Of a stretch of DNA of 64,000 nt, positions 9,486 to 20,416 are shown piece after piece (positions within the stretch are counted from its first letter, which is position 1; every line of letters begins with the position of its first letter). The DNA is taken from positions 139,306-203,305 of the forward strand of contig JAGWIK010000001.1 of NCBI GenBank assembly GCA_028866275.1, read 5' to 3'. The notes beneath the pieces were generated by a model. The model was not told the DNA's origin and did no database searches. It was given only the letters and a program-made list of their open reading frames with translations. The stretch comes from Alphaproteobacteria bacterium. Lineage in GTDB: Bacteria > Pseudomonadota > Alphaproteobacteria > UBA9219. Both the position numbers and the translations under genes were made by a program.

Positions 9486-10862
9486 ATGCTTTATATTCAT
9501 AATACGCTGACGCGGAAAAAAGAAGAATTCGAACCCATCGACGCCGCCGATGTCCGCATGTATGTGTGCGGGCCGACGGTTTATGATTTCGCCCATCTGG
9601 GCAACGCGCGGCCCATCGTGGTTTTTGATGTTCTGTATCGGCTGTTGCAGCGGCTGTATCCGCGCGTGACCTATGTGCGCAATATTACCGATATCGAAGA
9701 CAAGATTATGGACCGCGCCCGTGAAAACGGCGAAACGATTGAATCTCTGACTGCGCGCACGACGCAGGCTTTTCATGACGACATGGCTGCGCTGAACGCC
9801 TTGCCGCCGACGGTCGAACCGCGCGCCACCCAATATATCGGCGACATGGTCGCCATGATCGAAAAACTGGTCGCCAAGGGCCATGCCTATGTCGCCGAAG
9901 GGCATGTGTTGTTCAACGTGCCGTCGATGGGCAATTACGGCGAATTGTCGCGGCGGTCGCGCGACGAGCTGGTGGCGGGCGCGCGGGTCGATGTCGCGCC
10001 GTATAAAAAAGACGCCGCCGATTTTGTGTTATGGAAACCCAGCGCGCCGGAACAGGACGGGTGGGACAGCCCGTGGGGCCGCGGCCGTCCGGGCTGGCAT
10101 ATCGAATGTTCGGCGATGGCGGAAAAAAATCTGGGCGCGACGTTCGACATTCATGGCGGGGGTCTGGATTTAATTTTTCCGCATCATGAAAACGAAATCG
10201 CGCAAAGCCGCTGCGCCCATGACGGCGCGGTTCTGGCCAATTACTGGATGCATAACGGGTTTCTGACCGTCAATAACGACAAAATGTCGAAGTCGTTGAA
10301 GAATTTCTTTACTGTGCGCGAATTGCTGGCCCACGCGCCGGGCGAAGCGTTGCGGCTGGCGTTGCTGTCGGGGCATTACCGGTCGCCTTTGGATTTTTCG
10401 ATTGAGGCGTTGCAGGCGGCGAAGGCCAAGCTTGATCGTTGGTATGGCGCATTGCGCGTAGTGGCATATGAACCCTATGTCGATTGCAATCCACCTTCAT
10501 CTTTTGAAGGTGCTCTTTTAGATGATATGAATACCTCACTGGCGATTAGCCACATCGACAAGCTGGTCAATAATATTCATGCCAAAAGAATAACCGAAGG
10601 CGATGATGCAGCTAAGAATGAATTATTAAGCTGCGCGAGAGCGCTTGGCCTGCTGTATCAAAATCCCGAAGAATGGTTCAAATGGAAACCGGCCGGGCAA
10701 AGCGGATTGTCGGACGAAGAAATTAACGCGCAAATCGCCGCGCGATTGGCGGCGCGTCAGGCCAAAAATTATGCCGAATCCGACCGCATCCGCGACGCGC
10801 TGGCGGCGCAGGGCGTTATTCTGGAAGACGGCCCCGCTGGAACCACGTGGCGGCGCGGATAG
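9486..10862 (+). CDS. cysS: cysteine--tRNA ligase
   Basis: CGPTVY, HLGN, GRPGWHIECSAM, FPHHENE and KMSKS motifs. Confidence 0.98.
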   Translation: MLYIHNTLTRKKEEFEPIDAADVRMYVCGPTVYDFAHLGNARPIVVFDVLYRLLQRLYPRVTYVRNITDIEDKIMDRARENGETIESLTARTTQAFHDDMAALNALPPTVEPRATQYIGDMVAMIEKLVAKGHAYVAEGHVLFNVPSMGNYGELSRRSRDELVAGARVDVAPYKKDAADFVLWKPSAPEQDGWDSPWGRGRPGWHIECSAMAEKNLGATFDIHGGGLDLIFPHHENEIAQSRCAHDGAVLANYWMHNGFLTVNNDKMSKSLKNFFTVRELLAHAPGEALRLALLSGHYRSPLDFSIEALQAAKAKLDRWYGALRVVAYEPYVDCNPPSSFEGALLDDMNTSLAISHIDKLVNNIHAKRITEGDDAAKNELLSCARALGLLYQNPEEWFKWKPAGQSGLSDEEINAQIAARLAARQAKNYAESDRIRDALAAQGVILEDGPAGTTWRRG

Positions 10863-10865
10863 GGG

Positions 10866-12686
10866 TTATTCCACCGTCACGCTTTTCGCCAGATTGCGCG
10901 GCTGGTCGACATCGGTGCCTTTGGCGATGGCCGTGTAATAGGCCAGCAACTGCACCGGCACGCTGTACAGCAACGGCGCGACGGCGGCGTCGGTTTCGGG
11001 CAGGGCGATGTTCCAGAATGTTTTCGCGCCGACATGGGCGATGCCGGATTTGTCGGAAATCATAATCACCTTGCCGCCGCGCGCCGCGACTTCCTGAATG
11101 TTCGACGCGGTTTTTTCATAAAGCGCGCCGCCGGGGGCCAAAACGACCACGGGCATGTTTTCGTCGATCAAGGCGATGGGCCCGTGTTTCAGTTCGCCCG
11201 CCGGATAGCCTTCGGCATGGATGTACGAAATTTCTTTGAGCTTGAGCGATCCTTCCATCGCGATGGGGTACAGCAATCCGCGGCCCAGATACAAAACGTC
11301 GCGGGCGTCGGCCAGATGATGCGCCAGTTCCTGAATATGATGTTCGTCGCGCAGCACGGCGTTGATCTGCGCCGGAATTTCGCGCAAGGCATGCAAAATG
11401 GCCTTGGCCCGCGCGGCGTCGATGGCGCCGCGCGCCTGCGCCGCCGTCAAGGCGAGGCACAGCAAGACGGTCAATTGCGTGGTAAACGCCTTGGTCGACG
11501 CGACGCCGATTTCCGGCCCCGCCATCGTCGGCACGGTGACATCGGCCAGCCGCGCGATGGAGCTTTGCGGCACATTGACGACGGCGAGGATTTTTTGCCC
11601 CTGCGATTTGGCGTAATGCAACGCCGCCAGCGTATCCGCCGTTTCGCCGGATTGCGACACGGCGATGGTGACGCCGCCCGCCTGCATCGGCGCTTCGCGA
11701 TAACGGAATTCCGACGCGATATCGACTTCGACCGGCAGCCGCGCCAGCTGTTCGAACCAGTATTTGGCGACCACGCCCGCGTAACAGGCCGTGCCGCAGC
11801 CGACGATGGTGACGCGCGGCACGTCTTTCCAGTCGAACGGCAAAGGCGGCATCGCCAGCGCATCGTCCGGCGTGGTCAGGGCCGACAGCGTGTCGCCGAT
11901 GACGGCGGGCTGTTCGAAAATTTCCTTCAGCATGAAATGGCGGTACTGGCCTTTGCCGATCATCGCGCCTGACAGGGCGGTGATGTGAATTTTGCGGTCG
12001 ACGATTTTATCCGCGGCGTCGTGGATGATGATTTTGCCGGCATACAGTTCGGCCCAGTCGCCTTCTTCCAGATAGGCGATGCGGTTGGTCAGCGGCGCCA
12101 GCGCCAAGGCATCCGACCCCAGATAGGCTTCGCCGTCGCCGAAACCGATGGCCAGCGGGCTGCCGCGCCGCGCGCCGATCAGCAGATCATTATGGCCGAC
12201 GAAGACGATGCCCAGCGCGAACGCGCCTTCCAGACGTTTGAGCGACGCGGCGGTGGCTTGTTGCGGCGTCAGGCCCTGATCCAGATAGTCGGTGATCAGA
12301 TGGGCGATGGTTTCGGAATCGGTTTCCGACGCGAAGGCGTGGCCTTTGGCTTCCAGTTCGGTGCGCAGCGCGCGGTAATTTTCAATGATGCCGTTATGGA
12401 CGACGGCGACTTTGGCGGTGGCGTGCGGGTGGGCATTGGCTTCGGTGGGTTTGCCGTGCGTGGCCCAGCGCGTATGGCCGATGCCGACATGGCCCGCCAG
12501 CGGTTGGTCGACAAGGCGCTGCGCCAGTTGGTCCAGCTTGCCGGTGGCGCGGCGAATGTCGATGACGCCGTTTGTCAGCGTGGCAATGCCCGCGCTGTCA
12601 TAGCCGCGATATTCCAGCCGCCTCAGCCCGTCCAGCAACAACGGGGAAACAGGCCGCGAACCGATCATACCGACAATACCGCACAT
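10866..12686 (-). CDS. glmS: glutamine--fructose-6-phosphate transaminase
   Basis: MCGIVG, EYRGYDSAG, GHTRWATHG, C-terminal PRNLAKSVTVE. Confidence 0.98.
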   Translation of the reverse strand: MCGIVGMIGSRPVSPLLLDGLRRLEYRGYDSAGIATLTNGVIDIRRATGKLDQLAQRLVDQPLAGHVGIGHTRWATHGKPTEANAHPHATAKVAVVHNGIIENYRALRTELEAKGHAFASETDSETIAHLITDYLDQGLTPQQATAASLKRLEGAFALGIVFVGHNDLLIGARRGSPLAIGFGDGEAYLGSDALALAPLTNRIAYLEEGDWAELYAGKIIIHDAADKIVDRKIHITALSGAMIGKGQYRHFMLKEIFEQPAVIGDTLSALTTPDDALAMPPLPFDWKDVPRVTIVGCGTACYAGVVAKYWFEQLARLPVEVDIASEFRYREAPMQAGGVTIAVSQSGETADTLAALHYAKSQGQKILAVVNVPQSSIARLADVTVPTMAGPEIGVASTKAFTTQLTVLLCLALTAAQARGAIDAARAKAILHALREIPAQINAVLRDEHHIQELAHHLADARDVLYLGRGLLYPIAMEGSLKLKEISYIHAEGYPAGELKHGPIALIDENMPVVVLAPGGALYEKTASNIQEVAARGGKVIMISDKSGIAHVGAKTFWNIALPETDAAVAPLLYSVPVQLLAYYTAIAKGTDVDQPRNLAKSVTVE

Positions 12687-12839
12687 GGGATAACGCTCTT
12701 TCTTGGGGAAATGGAACAGGTGGAGTTTAGGCGGAAATTCTAGAGCAGGAAGTCAACTTGTGCGACATATTGTTACCCGGCTCTTGCCAGCCCTGTGCAG
12801 GTTTGTTAACCGTACGGAGGTAAAACAAGGGAGAAAACC

Positions 12840-13271
12840 ATGTCTGTGGCCAAGGATTTCCGCGATTTCATCGCGCGCGGCAATGTCGTCGATCTGGCGG
12901 TCGGCGTTATCATCGGCGCGGCGTTCGGCAAGATTGTCAGCTCGCTGGTCGCCGATATTCTGATGCCGCCGATCGGGTTGTTGCTGGGCAAGGTCGATTT
13001 TTCCAGCCTGTTCATCGCGCTGAACGGCGACCATTACGCCTCGCTGGCGGCGGCCAAGGCGGCGGGCGCGCCGACCATCAATTACGGTGTCTTTATCAAC
13101 AGCGTGATCGATTTCCTGATCGTCGCCTTTGTCGTTTTCATTGTCGTGAAACAGGTCAACCGCATCGTGCCGAAACCCGCCGCCCCCGCGACCAAGGAAT
13201 GCCCGCGCTGCCTGTCGAAAATTGCCGCCGCCGCGACCAAATGCCCGCATTGCACCGCGGATATCGCCTGA
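12840..13271 (+). CDS. mscL: large-conductance mechanosensitive channel with C-terminal CxxC...CxxC
   Basis: [28 protein letters not shown]; NYGVFIN. Confidence 0.95.
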   Translation: MSVAKDFRDFIARGNVVDLAVGVIIGAAFGKIVSSLVADILMPPIGLLLGKVDFSSLFIALNGDHYASLAAAKAAGAPTINYGVFINSVIDFLIVAFVVFIVVKQVNRIVPKPAAPATKECPRCLSKIAAAATKCPHCTADIA

Positions 13272-13293
13272 AACTTTGATAATGGAGATGACG

Positions 13294-14175
13294 ATGGCCA
13301 AAGTCGCTTTCATCGGTCTGGGCGTCATGGGGTATCCCATGGCCGGACATCTGGCCCGCGCCGGACATGATGTTACGGTTTTCAACCGTACGCAGGCCAA
13401 GGCGGAAAAATGGGTTGCGGCATATAAAGGCGCCAAGGCGCCCACGCCCCGCGCAGCCGCGCGCGATGCCGATTTTGTTTTCGCCTGCGTCGGCAATGAT
13501 GATGATTTGCGCAGTATAACGACGGGCAACGAGGGCGCTTTCGCCGGCATGAAAAAAGGCGCGGTATTCGTCGATCACACAACCGCGTCGGCGCAAGTTG
13601 CGCGCGAACTGGCCGGCGCCGCCGCGGGGCAGGGGCTGCATTTTCTCGACGCGCCGGTGTCGGGCGGTCAGGCGGGGGCCGAGAAAGGCCAGCTGACCGT
13701 GATGGCCGGCGGCGACGGCGCCGTTTATGCCCGTGCCGAACCCGTGATGCAATCTTATGCCAAGGCCGTCCAGCATATGGGCGATGCGGGGTCGGGGCAG
13801 CTTGCCAAGATGGTGAACCAGATATGCATCGCCGGTGTTGTTCAGGGATTGTCGGAAGGGGTCGCTTTCGCGCAAGCCGCAGGGCTAGATATCGGCAGGC
13901 TGTTTGCCGCTATCAGCAAGGGCGGCGCGGGATCGTGGCAAATGGAAAACCGCATGATGACAATGGCCGAAGATAAATTCGATTTCGGTTTTGCGGTCGA
14001 CTGGATACGCAAGGATCTGGGCATCTGTCTTGACGAAGCCGCCCGCAACGGCGCATCCCTGCCGGGTACCGCCCTGATCGACCAGTTTTATGCCGATGTC
14101 CAGCGCATGGGCGGCGGCCGGTGGGATTCATCCAGCCTTGTGCGCCGCCTGCGCCCCGTCAGGCGCGCGACATAA
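13294..14175 (+). CDS. NAD(P)-dependent oxidoreductase, 3-hydroxyisobutyrate dehydrogenase family
   Basis: AFIGLGVMG, DAPVSGG, KMVNQ and KDL motifs; GGAG RBS. ATG 13288 is an alternative start. Confidence 0.9.
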   Translation: MAKVAFIGLGVMGYPMAGHLARAGHDVTVFNRTQAKAEKWVAAYKGAKAPTPRAAARDADFVFACVGNDDDLRSITTGNEGAFAGMKKGAVFVDHTTASAQVARELAGAAAGQGLHFLDAPVSGGQAGAEKGQLTVMAGGDGAVYARAEPVMQSYAKAVQHMGDAGSGQLAKMVNQICIAGVVQGLSEGVAFAQAAGLDIGRLFAAISKGGAGSWQMENRMMTMAEDKFDFGFAVDWIRKDLGICLDEAARNGASLPGTALIDQFYADVQRMGGGRWDSSSLVRRLRPVRRAT

Positions 14176-14206
14176 AAAGCCCCGCGCAGAAATCTGGCGG
14201 GGCTTT
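14176..14206. terminator. bidirectional rho-independent terminator
   Basis: AAAGCCCCGC...GCGGGGCTTT stem between convergent genes. Confidence 0.7.
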
Positions 14207-14233
14207 GACTTGCGGTTGAAGCGCAAGGATGTC

Positions 14234-14413
14234 TTACGACTTCTTGCCTTCCTTGATCTTGCCTTCCTTGAAGGTGACATGCTTGCGCACGACGGGGTCG
14301 TATTTCTTCAGTTCCAGCTTGTTGGTGTTGTTCTTGGGGTTCTTCTTGGTGACATAGAAGAAGCCGGTGTTCGCCGAGCTGACCAGCTTGATGTCGTTTT
14401 TCGCTTTTGCCAT
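14234..14413 (-). CDS. rpmG: 50S ribosomal protein L33 (absent from the ORF track)
   Basis: Manual translation: [59 protein letters not shown]. Confidence 0.95.
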   Translation of the reverse strand: MAKAKNDIKLVSSANTGFFYVTKKNPKNNTNKLELKKYDPVVRKHVTFKEGKIKEGKKS

Positions 14414-14513
14414 TGTCGTAATCCTGTGTCTTGCATAAATTCCGTGCGCCCGCCCGGTCGCGCCGGATGGAACAAGGCGCGCAATGTCGTGAAATAGCGG
14501 GTCTTTGTCAAGT

Positions 14514-15968
14514 TTAATCGAATAAATCTGCGGATTCAGGGGGTTGACCGGCCTCGCTTTTGCTGAATTTCAGGGCGGCCAAAGCCCTTTGCCGCGCGTG
14601 GGCATGGTCAAGGACAGGAAAAGGATAGGTTTTTCCCATCTGAACCCCCGCCCGGGCGAGCATGTCCGCGGGGGCTTTCCACGGTTCGTGGATATAGCGG
14701 GCGTCCAGCCGCGCCAGTTCGGGGATAAAGCGACGGACATAATCGCCGCGCGGGTCGAATTTCGCGCCCTGTAATGTGGGGTTGAAAATGCGGAAATAGG
14801 GCGCGGCGTCGGCGCCGCATCCCGCCACCCATTGCCAGCTGGCGGTATTGCTGCCCAGATCGGCATCGACCAGCGTGTCGGCAAACCACGCAGCCCCTTG
14901 CCGCCAGTCGATCAGCAGATCCTTGACCAGAAACGACGCCGCGATCATACGCACGCGATTGTGCATCCAGCCGGTTTGCCATAATTGCCGCATGCCCGCA
15001 TCGACAATGGGGTATCCCGTCATGCCCTGTTGCCACGCGCGCAAACCCGCGGGGTCGTCGCGCCATGGGAAACGCGCAAAGGATTTTTGCAAAGGCTCCG
15101 TGATGAAATCGGGTATTTGCGTCAACAGGTGCCACGAAAAATCGCGCCACAGAATTTCCTGCAGATATTTCTCGCCGCCGCCGTGGCGCATAATGGCGTG
15201 CCATATCTGGCGCGGGCTGATCGTGCCGATATGCAAATGCGGCGACAGGCGCGACGTGCCGTCGATGTCGGGGCGGTCGCGGTCTGTTGTGTAGCCTGTC
15301 AATGCGCGGGCCGTAAAATCGCGTAGCCGGTCTTGCGCCGCCGCTTCGCCGATATCCCATGCCTGCGCCAGTCCGCGCGGCCATTGTGCCGTGCGCGGCA
15401 CGAGCTTCAGCGCATCCAGCGTGTCGCCCTTCACCCCGTCCACGCCGCGCAGATTTTGCGGAACGGGCAGGGGGCGTTCCGGCGGCGGCGCGGCGAAACA
15501 GGCGCGGGAAAAAGGCGTGTAAACCTTGAACATCGTGCCCGCGCCGGTGCGGATGGATTCCGGCTCGAACAGCAAAAAACCGGAATGGGTCGATGTTTCG
15601 ATGCCGTCTTCGCGCAACGCCGATGCAATATCCGCGTCGCGGGCCGCGACGGCGGGTTCGTAACGCCGCGACCATGTGACATGCCGCGCGCCGGTGGCCG
15701 CGATGACGTCGCGCAAAATATCCAGAGCCTTGCCGCGCCGCAGCACAAGAGGTAATCCGCGCGCGGCCAGATCTGCGCCAAGCGCGTGCAAGGCCTGATG
15801 CAGGGCCCACGCCGCCGCCCCGCCCATCGGCGGCGTGGAATCGTCGTGAATATAAAGCGGCACAACGGGGCCGCGCGCCGCCGCCCTTGTCAGGGCGCGA
15901 TGATCGCCCAAGCGTAAATCGTTGGAAAACCATACGATAGACGGCGTGTCGAATGATGGGGGTTTCAT
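14514..15968 (-). CDS. phrB: deoxyribodipyrimidine photolyase (class I/III CPD photolyase family)
   Basis: [45 protein letters not shown] and RIFNP motifs. Start reassigned to ATG 15968. Confidence 0.9.
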   Translation of the reverse strand: MKPPSFDTPSIVWFSNDLRLGDHRALTRAAARGPVVPLYIHDDSTPPMGGAAAWALHQALHALGADLAARGLPLVLRRGKALDILRDVIAATGARHVTWSRRYEPAVAARDADIASALREDGIETSTHSGFLLFEPESIRTGAGTMFKVYTPFSRACFAAPPPERPLPVPQNLRGVDGVKGDTLDALKLVPRTAQWPRGLAQAWDIGEAAAQDRLRDFTARALTGYTTDRDRPDIDGTSRLSPHLHIGTISPRQIWHAIMRHGGGEKYLQEILWRDFSWHLLTQIPDFITEPLQKSFARFPWRDDPAGLRAWQQGMTGYPIVDAGMRQLWQTGWMHNRVRMIAASFLVKDLLIDWRQGAAWFADTLVDADLGSNTASWQWVAGCGADAAPYFRIFNPTLQGAKFDPRGDYVRRFIPELARLDARYIHEPWKAPADMLARAGVQMGKTYPFPVLDHAHARQRALAALKFSKSEAGQPPESADLFD

Positions 15969-16040
15969 GCCTTTGCCAGTGACTTTCGGGCGGGTTTGCG
16001 ATAATCCTTTTAACCTTGTTTTCCCTTGCAGGTCAAAACC

Positions 16041-17822
16041 GTGTTCAAATTCCTTGCCCGCTGTTTCGCCGTTATCGGATTCCTGGCTGTCGCCGTTTGC
16101 GTCACCGGTGCGGTTGTCGCGTGGTACACGCAAAAACAGCAGCAAACCGAACCGGCCAAGGTCGTGTTGTCGCTCGATTTCGACAGCCCCATTGTCGAAC
16201 AGGGCGACGGATCGCCGCTCGACCTTGCGCTTGACGAAAGCAGCCCCGTGGCCTTGCTCGACATCGTGCGCGCCATCGACGCCGCCAAGGATGACCCGCA
16301 TGTCGTCGGCATCGTCGCGCGCTTCGGGTCGGAACAGCCGAGCCTGATACAGGCGCAGGAAATCCGCGCCGCGCTGGCGCGGTTCAAGAAAAGCGGCAAA
16401 TTCACTTATGCTTACGGCACCAGTTTCGGCGATTTCGGTTCGGGCGACCGCGCCTATTATCTGGCCAGCGCGTTCGACAATATATGGTTGCAGCCTGTCG
16501 GCACGGTCAGCCTGACCGGCGTGGGGCTGACGGATTTCTTTGGCAAGACGGCGCTGGACAAAGCCGGCATTACCGCCGATTTCATGCGCCGCGAGGAATA
16601 TAAGGAATTCATGGAAGACGCCCAGCGCGATGCGTTCGATCCGGCGGTCAAGGTTGAAATGCAGGGGCTGGTCGATAATCTGTCGGGGCAGATCGCCGCC
16701 GGCATTGCCGACAGCCGCAAATGGGATGCCGCGCGCGTCGCCAATTTAATGGCGCAAGGGCCCTATACCGCCGACGAGGCGCAACAAAACGGCCTGGTCA
16801 CGCGTGTCGCCTATGCCGATCAGCTCGACGACGAGATCGACAGGCTGGCTGGCAAAGACGCGCAACAAGTCGATGTCGATACCTATCTGGGCTATGCCGA
16901 CGACGGCACGGGCGGCGGGGCGCAGACCGAAGTCGCGCTGATTTACGGCCTAGGCCTTATCGCCGACAAGGATGTCGGCGATGGCGGCATTGCAGGCGGC
17001 CATGTCATGGGCGCGGACGATATCGCGGGCGCATTCGACGACGCGGCGTCGGACGCGAACGTAAAAGCGATTTTGTTCCGCATCGACAGCCCGGGCGGCA
17101 GCCCGTCCGCGTCGGAAACCATTCGCCGCGCCATGATTCACGCCGAAAAACAAGGCAAGCCCGTCATCGTGTCGATGGGCGGCACGGCGGCGTCGGGCGG
17201 GTATTGGATCGCGATGAACGGCGACAAAATCATCGCCGATCCCGGCACCTTGACCGGTTCCATCGGCGTGGTGTCGGGCAAATTCGCGCTCGACGGGCTG
17301 TTGCAGAAAATCGGCGTGACCCCCGACGGCGTGCGCACGGCGGACAATGCCGGAATGTGGCAGATGGATGCGCCTTTCAACCCGGCGCAACGCGCGCGGA
17401 TCAATGCGTTGCTCGACGAAACCTATCGGGCCTTCACCGATAACGTCGCCGCGGCGCGTAAAATACCGTTGGACAAAATGCCGGATATCGCCAAGGGCCG
17501 GGTATGGACGGGCGAACAGGCGTTGCCGCTGGGGCTGGTCGATCAGCTGGGCGGCTATGACGTCGCGCTGGAAGATGTGCGCCAAGCCTTGAAGCTGGGT
17601 GAAAACGACGTGATCGATCTGGAACCCTTTCCTGCCGCGCCGACGCCCGCCGAACGGTTGCTGAAGCTGCTGCATCATTTCGGCGCGGCGAGTTCGGCCC
17701 TGTCGTCATTGGCCGATACCTTGGACGACATTCAGGCCGTGGCCCGCCCGTGGCTGGGGCTGGCGGCTTTGTCGCGCCATCCGGTTGCGGCGCAGATGAT
17801 TTTGGGAGATACGCATGAGTAA
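16041..17822 (+). CDS. sppA: signal peptide peptidase SppA (long form)
   Basis: N-terminal transmembrane segment; YYLASA, RIDSPGG, AASGGY, TGSIGV and GRVWTG motifs. Confidence 0.93.
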   Translation: MFKFLARCFAVIGFLAVAVCVTGAVVAWYTQKQQQTEPAKVVLSLDFDSPIVEQGDGSPLDLALDESSPVALLDIVRAIDAAKDDPHVVGIVARFGSEQPSLIQAQEIRAALARFKKSGKFTYAYGTSFGDFGSGDRAYYLASAFDNIWLQPVGTVSLTGVGLTDFFGKTALDKAGITADFMRREEYKEFMEDAQRDAFDPAVKVEMQGLVDNLSGQIAAGIADSRKWDAARVANLMAQGPYTADEAQQNGLVTRVAYADQLDDEIDRLAGKDAQQVDVDTYLGYADDGTGGGAQTEVALIYGLGLIADKDVGDGGIAGGHVMGADDIAGAFDDAASDANVKAILFRIDSPGGSPSASETIRRAMIHAEKQGKPVIVSMGGTAASGGYWIAMNGDKIIADPGTLTGSIGVVSGKFALDGLLQKIGVTPDGVRTADNAGMWQMDAPFNPAQRARINALLDETYRAFTDNVAAARKIPLDKMPDIAKGRVWTGEQALPLGLVDQLGGYDVALEDVRQALKLGENDVIDLEPFPAAPTPAERLLKLLHHFGAASSALSSLADTLDDIQAVARPWLGLAALSRHPVAAQMILGDTHE

Positions 17823-18945
17823 CGCGCCTTTCGTTGTGCTGGCTGCCGGCGGCACCGGCGGCCATATTTTTCCCGCCGAAGCCTTGGCGCGCGAATTGCT
17901 GGGGCGCGGCTATCGCGTCGCGTTGATGACCGACCGTCGCGGCGCGAAATTCAGCGACGATTTGCCGGTGCCCGTGTACCGCACCCGCGCCAGCGCGATG
18001 GGCAAGGGCGTGTGGGGCAAATTGCGCAGTTTCGCCGAAATGGGCGTCGGGGTTTTACAGGCGCGCCATCATTTGCGCGACCTGCGGCCCGATGCGGTCG
18101 TGGGGTTCGGCGGCTATCCGTCGGTGCCGACTTTATATGCCGCGGCGCGGCTGGGCATTCCCATTATTTTGCACGATTCCAACGCTATTCTGGGGCGCGC
18201 CAATCGCGCCCTGATGGACAAAGCGCGCGTGATTGCGACATCGTTCCCCAAAGTCGCGGGCGTCAAGGCCGCGCCCAATGCCACGCTGGTTTGCACCGGC
18301 AATCCCGTGCGTTCGGCCTTTATGGCGTTACGCGCCCAACCCTATGTCGGTTTGGCCGACGACGGCCCGATGAAAATTCTGGTGATGGGCGGCAGTCAGG
18401 GCGCTCGCGTGTTCAGCCAGGTGGTGCCGCAGGCATTGGCCCTGATGCCCGATCATTTGCGCCGCCGCATTGTGATCGCCCAGCAATGCCGCAAGGAAGA
18501 TCTGGAAAGCGCGCGCGCGGCCTATGCCGCCGCCGGGATCGATGCCGATCTTTCAGCCTTTTTCCGCGACGTGCCCGAACGCATGGCGGAATCGCATTTG
18601 GTCATCTGCCGCGCCGGCGGGTCGACCGTCGCCGAATTGACGGTGATCGGACGCCCGTCGATTCTGGTGCCGTTGCCGCACGGCCATGCGGGCGAACAGA
18701 TCGCCAATGCCGAAGCGGTGGCCGAAGCGGGCGGCGCGTGGTTGATCCCCGAACAGGCTTTTACCCCTGAATCTTTGGCGGTGCGGCTGGAATCGCTGAT
18801 GGCTTTGCCGTCGACATTGACGAAAACGGCTGCCGCTGCGCGGGCATGGGGTAAAGTGGGCGCGGTTGACAATCTGGCCGACTGCGTCGCCGGTGTCGTC
18901 AAGAAAACATACGCATTTTCATTGGAACAGGATAAAGCGGCATGA
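17815..18945 (+). CDS. murG: undecaprenyldiphospho-muramoylpentapeptide beta-N-acetylglucosaminyltransferase
   Basis: GGTGGH, GFGGYPS, GNPVR, GGSQGA and RAGGST motifs. Confidence 0.97.
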   Translation: MSNAPFVVLAAGGTGGHIFPAEALARELLGRGYRVALMTDRRGAKFSDDLPVPVYRTRASAMGKGVWGKLRSFAEMGVGVLQARHHLRDLRPDAVVGFGGYPSVPTLYAAARLGIPIILHDSNAILGRANRALMDKARVIATSFPKVAGVKAAPNATLVCTGNPVRSAFMALRAQPYVGLADDGPMKILVMGGSQGARVFSQVVPQALALMPDHLRRRIVIAQQCRKEDLESARAAYAAAGIDADLSAFFRDVPERMAESHLVICRAGGSTVAELTVIGRPSILVPLPHGHAGEQIANAEAVAEAGGAWLIPEQAFTPESLAVRLESLMALPSTLTKTAAAARAWGKVGAVDNLADCVAGVVKKTYAFSLEQDKAA

Positions 18946-20414
18946 ATTGGACGGACATGGATTGGAACAAAGCGACATCGCGCGCGCATTTTTCCCCGCA
19001 ATCGGTCGGGGTGATACATTTCGTCGGCATCGGCGGCATCGGGATGAGCGGCATCGCCGAGATTCTGCACCATCTGGGATACAAGGTTCAGGGCAGCGAT
19101 CAAAATGACAACGCCAATGTCAAACGGCTGCGCGACAAAGGCATCGCCGTGCATATTGGCCACACGTCCGAAAATCTGGGCGCGGCCAGCGTCGTGGTGA
19201 TTTCGTCGGCGGTCAAGCGCGACAATCCCGAAGTCGTGGCGGCGCGCGCCGCGTTTTTACCCATCGTGCGGCGCGCCGAAATGCTGGGCGAATTGATGCG
19301 CCTGAAGTGGGCGGTCGCGGTCGGCGGCACGCACGGCAAGACGACGACGACATCGATGGTGGCGTCGCTGTTCGACGCGGCGGGGCTTGACCCGACGGTG
19401 ATCAATGGCGGCATTATCAACGCCTATGGCACCAATGCGCGATTGGGCGGCGGCGAATGGATGGTCGTGGAATCGGACGAAAGCGACGGCAGTTTCACGA
19501 AACTGCCCGCGACGGTCGCCATCGTCACCAATATCGATCCCGAACATATGGATCATTACCATGATTTCGACGCGGTGCGCCGCGCCTATGAAACTTTTGT
19601 GCAGAATATCCCGTTTTACGGCTTTGCCGTGTTGTGCGTCGATCATCCCGAAGTGCAGGAACTGATCGCCCGCGTGCAGGACAGGAAAATCGTCACCTAT
19701 GGTTTTTCGCCGCAGGCCGATATCCGCGCCGTCAATGTCGAAGCGCGCACCGACGGGTCGCGGTTCGATGTGGTCGTAACCGACAGAAAGACCGACGAAA
19801 CCCGCAGGGTTGACGGCGTATTCCTGCCCGTTATCGGGCGGCACAATGTGCAGAACGCGCTGGCGGCCATTGGTGTCGGGGTACAGCTTGGCTTTACCGA
19901 CGCCGTGTTGCGCATGGCTTTTGCCAAATTCGAAGGCGTCAAACGGCGTTTCACCCGCACGGGGGTTGTCAACGGCGTGACCATTATCGACGATTACGGC
20001 CATCATCCGGTCGAGATCGCCGCGACATTGAAGGCGGCGGTGCAGGCCAAGGGCGACGCGGGCCGCATCATCGCCGTCATGCAGCCGCATCGCTATACCC
20101 GCCTGTCGAGCCTGTTCGGCGATTTCTGTAAAACATTTAACGACGCCGATACCGTTATCATCGCCGATGTTTATGCCGCCGGCGAACAGCCTGTCGAGGG
20201 GGCTTCGCGCGACGCCTTGGTCGAAGGGTTGCGCGCGCACGGGCATCGCGACGTGCATGCTTTGCCGTCGCCGGACAGGCTGGCCGCGATGATTGCCGAC
20301 ATGGCGCATCCCGGCGACTATGTCGTGTGTCTGGGCGCGGGGACGATCAGCCAGTGGGCTTATGCGTTGCCGGGCGAGCTGGAAGAAATCTGGGGTAAAA
20401 AGAAGGCGGGGTAG
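18942..20414 (+). CDS. murC: UDP-N-acetylmuramate--L-alanine ligase
   Basis: [32 protein letters not shown] and QPHRYTR motifs. Confidence 0.97.
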   Translation: MNWTDMDWNKATSRAHFSPQSVGVIHFVGIGGIGMSGIAEILHHLGYKVQGSDQNDNANVKRLRDKGIAVHIGHTSENLGAASVVVISSAVKRDNPEVVAARAAFLPIVRRAEMLGELMRLKWAVAVGGTHGKTTTTSMVASLFDAAGLDPTVINGGIINAYGTNARLGGGEWMVVESDESDGSFTKLPATVAIVTNIDPEHMDHYHDFDAVRRAYETFVQNIPFYGFAVLCVDHPEVQELIARVQDRKIVTYGFSPQADIRAVNVEARTDGSRFDVVVTDRKTDETRRVDGVFLPVIGRHNVQNALAAIGVGVQLGFTDAVLRMAFAKFEGVKRRFTRTGVVNGVTIIDDYGHHPVEIAATLKAAVQAKGDAGRIIAVMQPHRYTRLSSLFGDFCKTFNDADTVIIADVYAAGEQPVEGASRDALVEGLRAHGHRDVHALPSPDRLAAMIADMAHPGDYVVCLGAGTISQWAYALPGELEEIWGKKKAG

Positions 20415-20416
20415 GG

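Noticed and set aside
14514-16301. N-terminal extensions given in the ORF track for the photolyase, tkt (29676), the PIG-L protein (55916) and the enolase (169)
   Set aside because: They overlap neighbouring genuine genes. Downstream ATGs match the family N-termini and RBS positions.
18942-18972. Short duplication at the murC start (ATGAATTGG / ATGGATTGG)
   Set aside because: Too short and imperfect; it only makes the start codon ambiguous.
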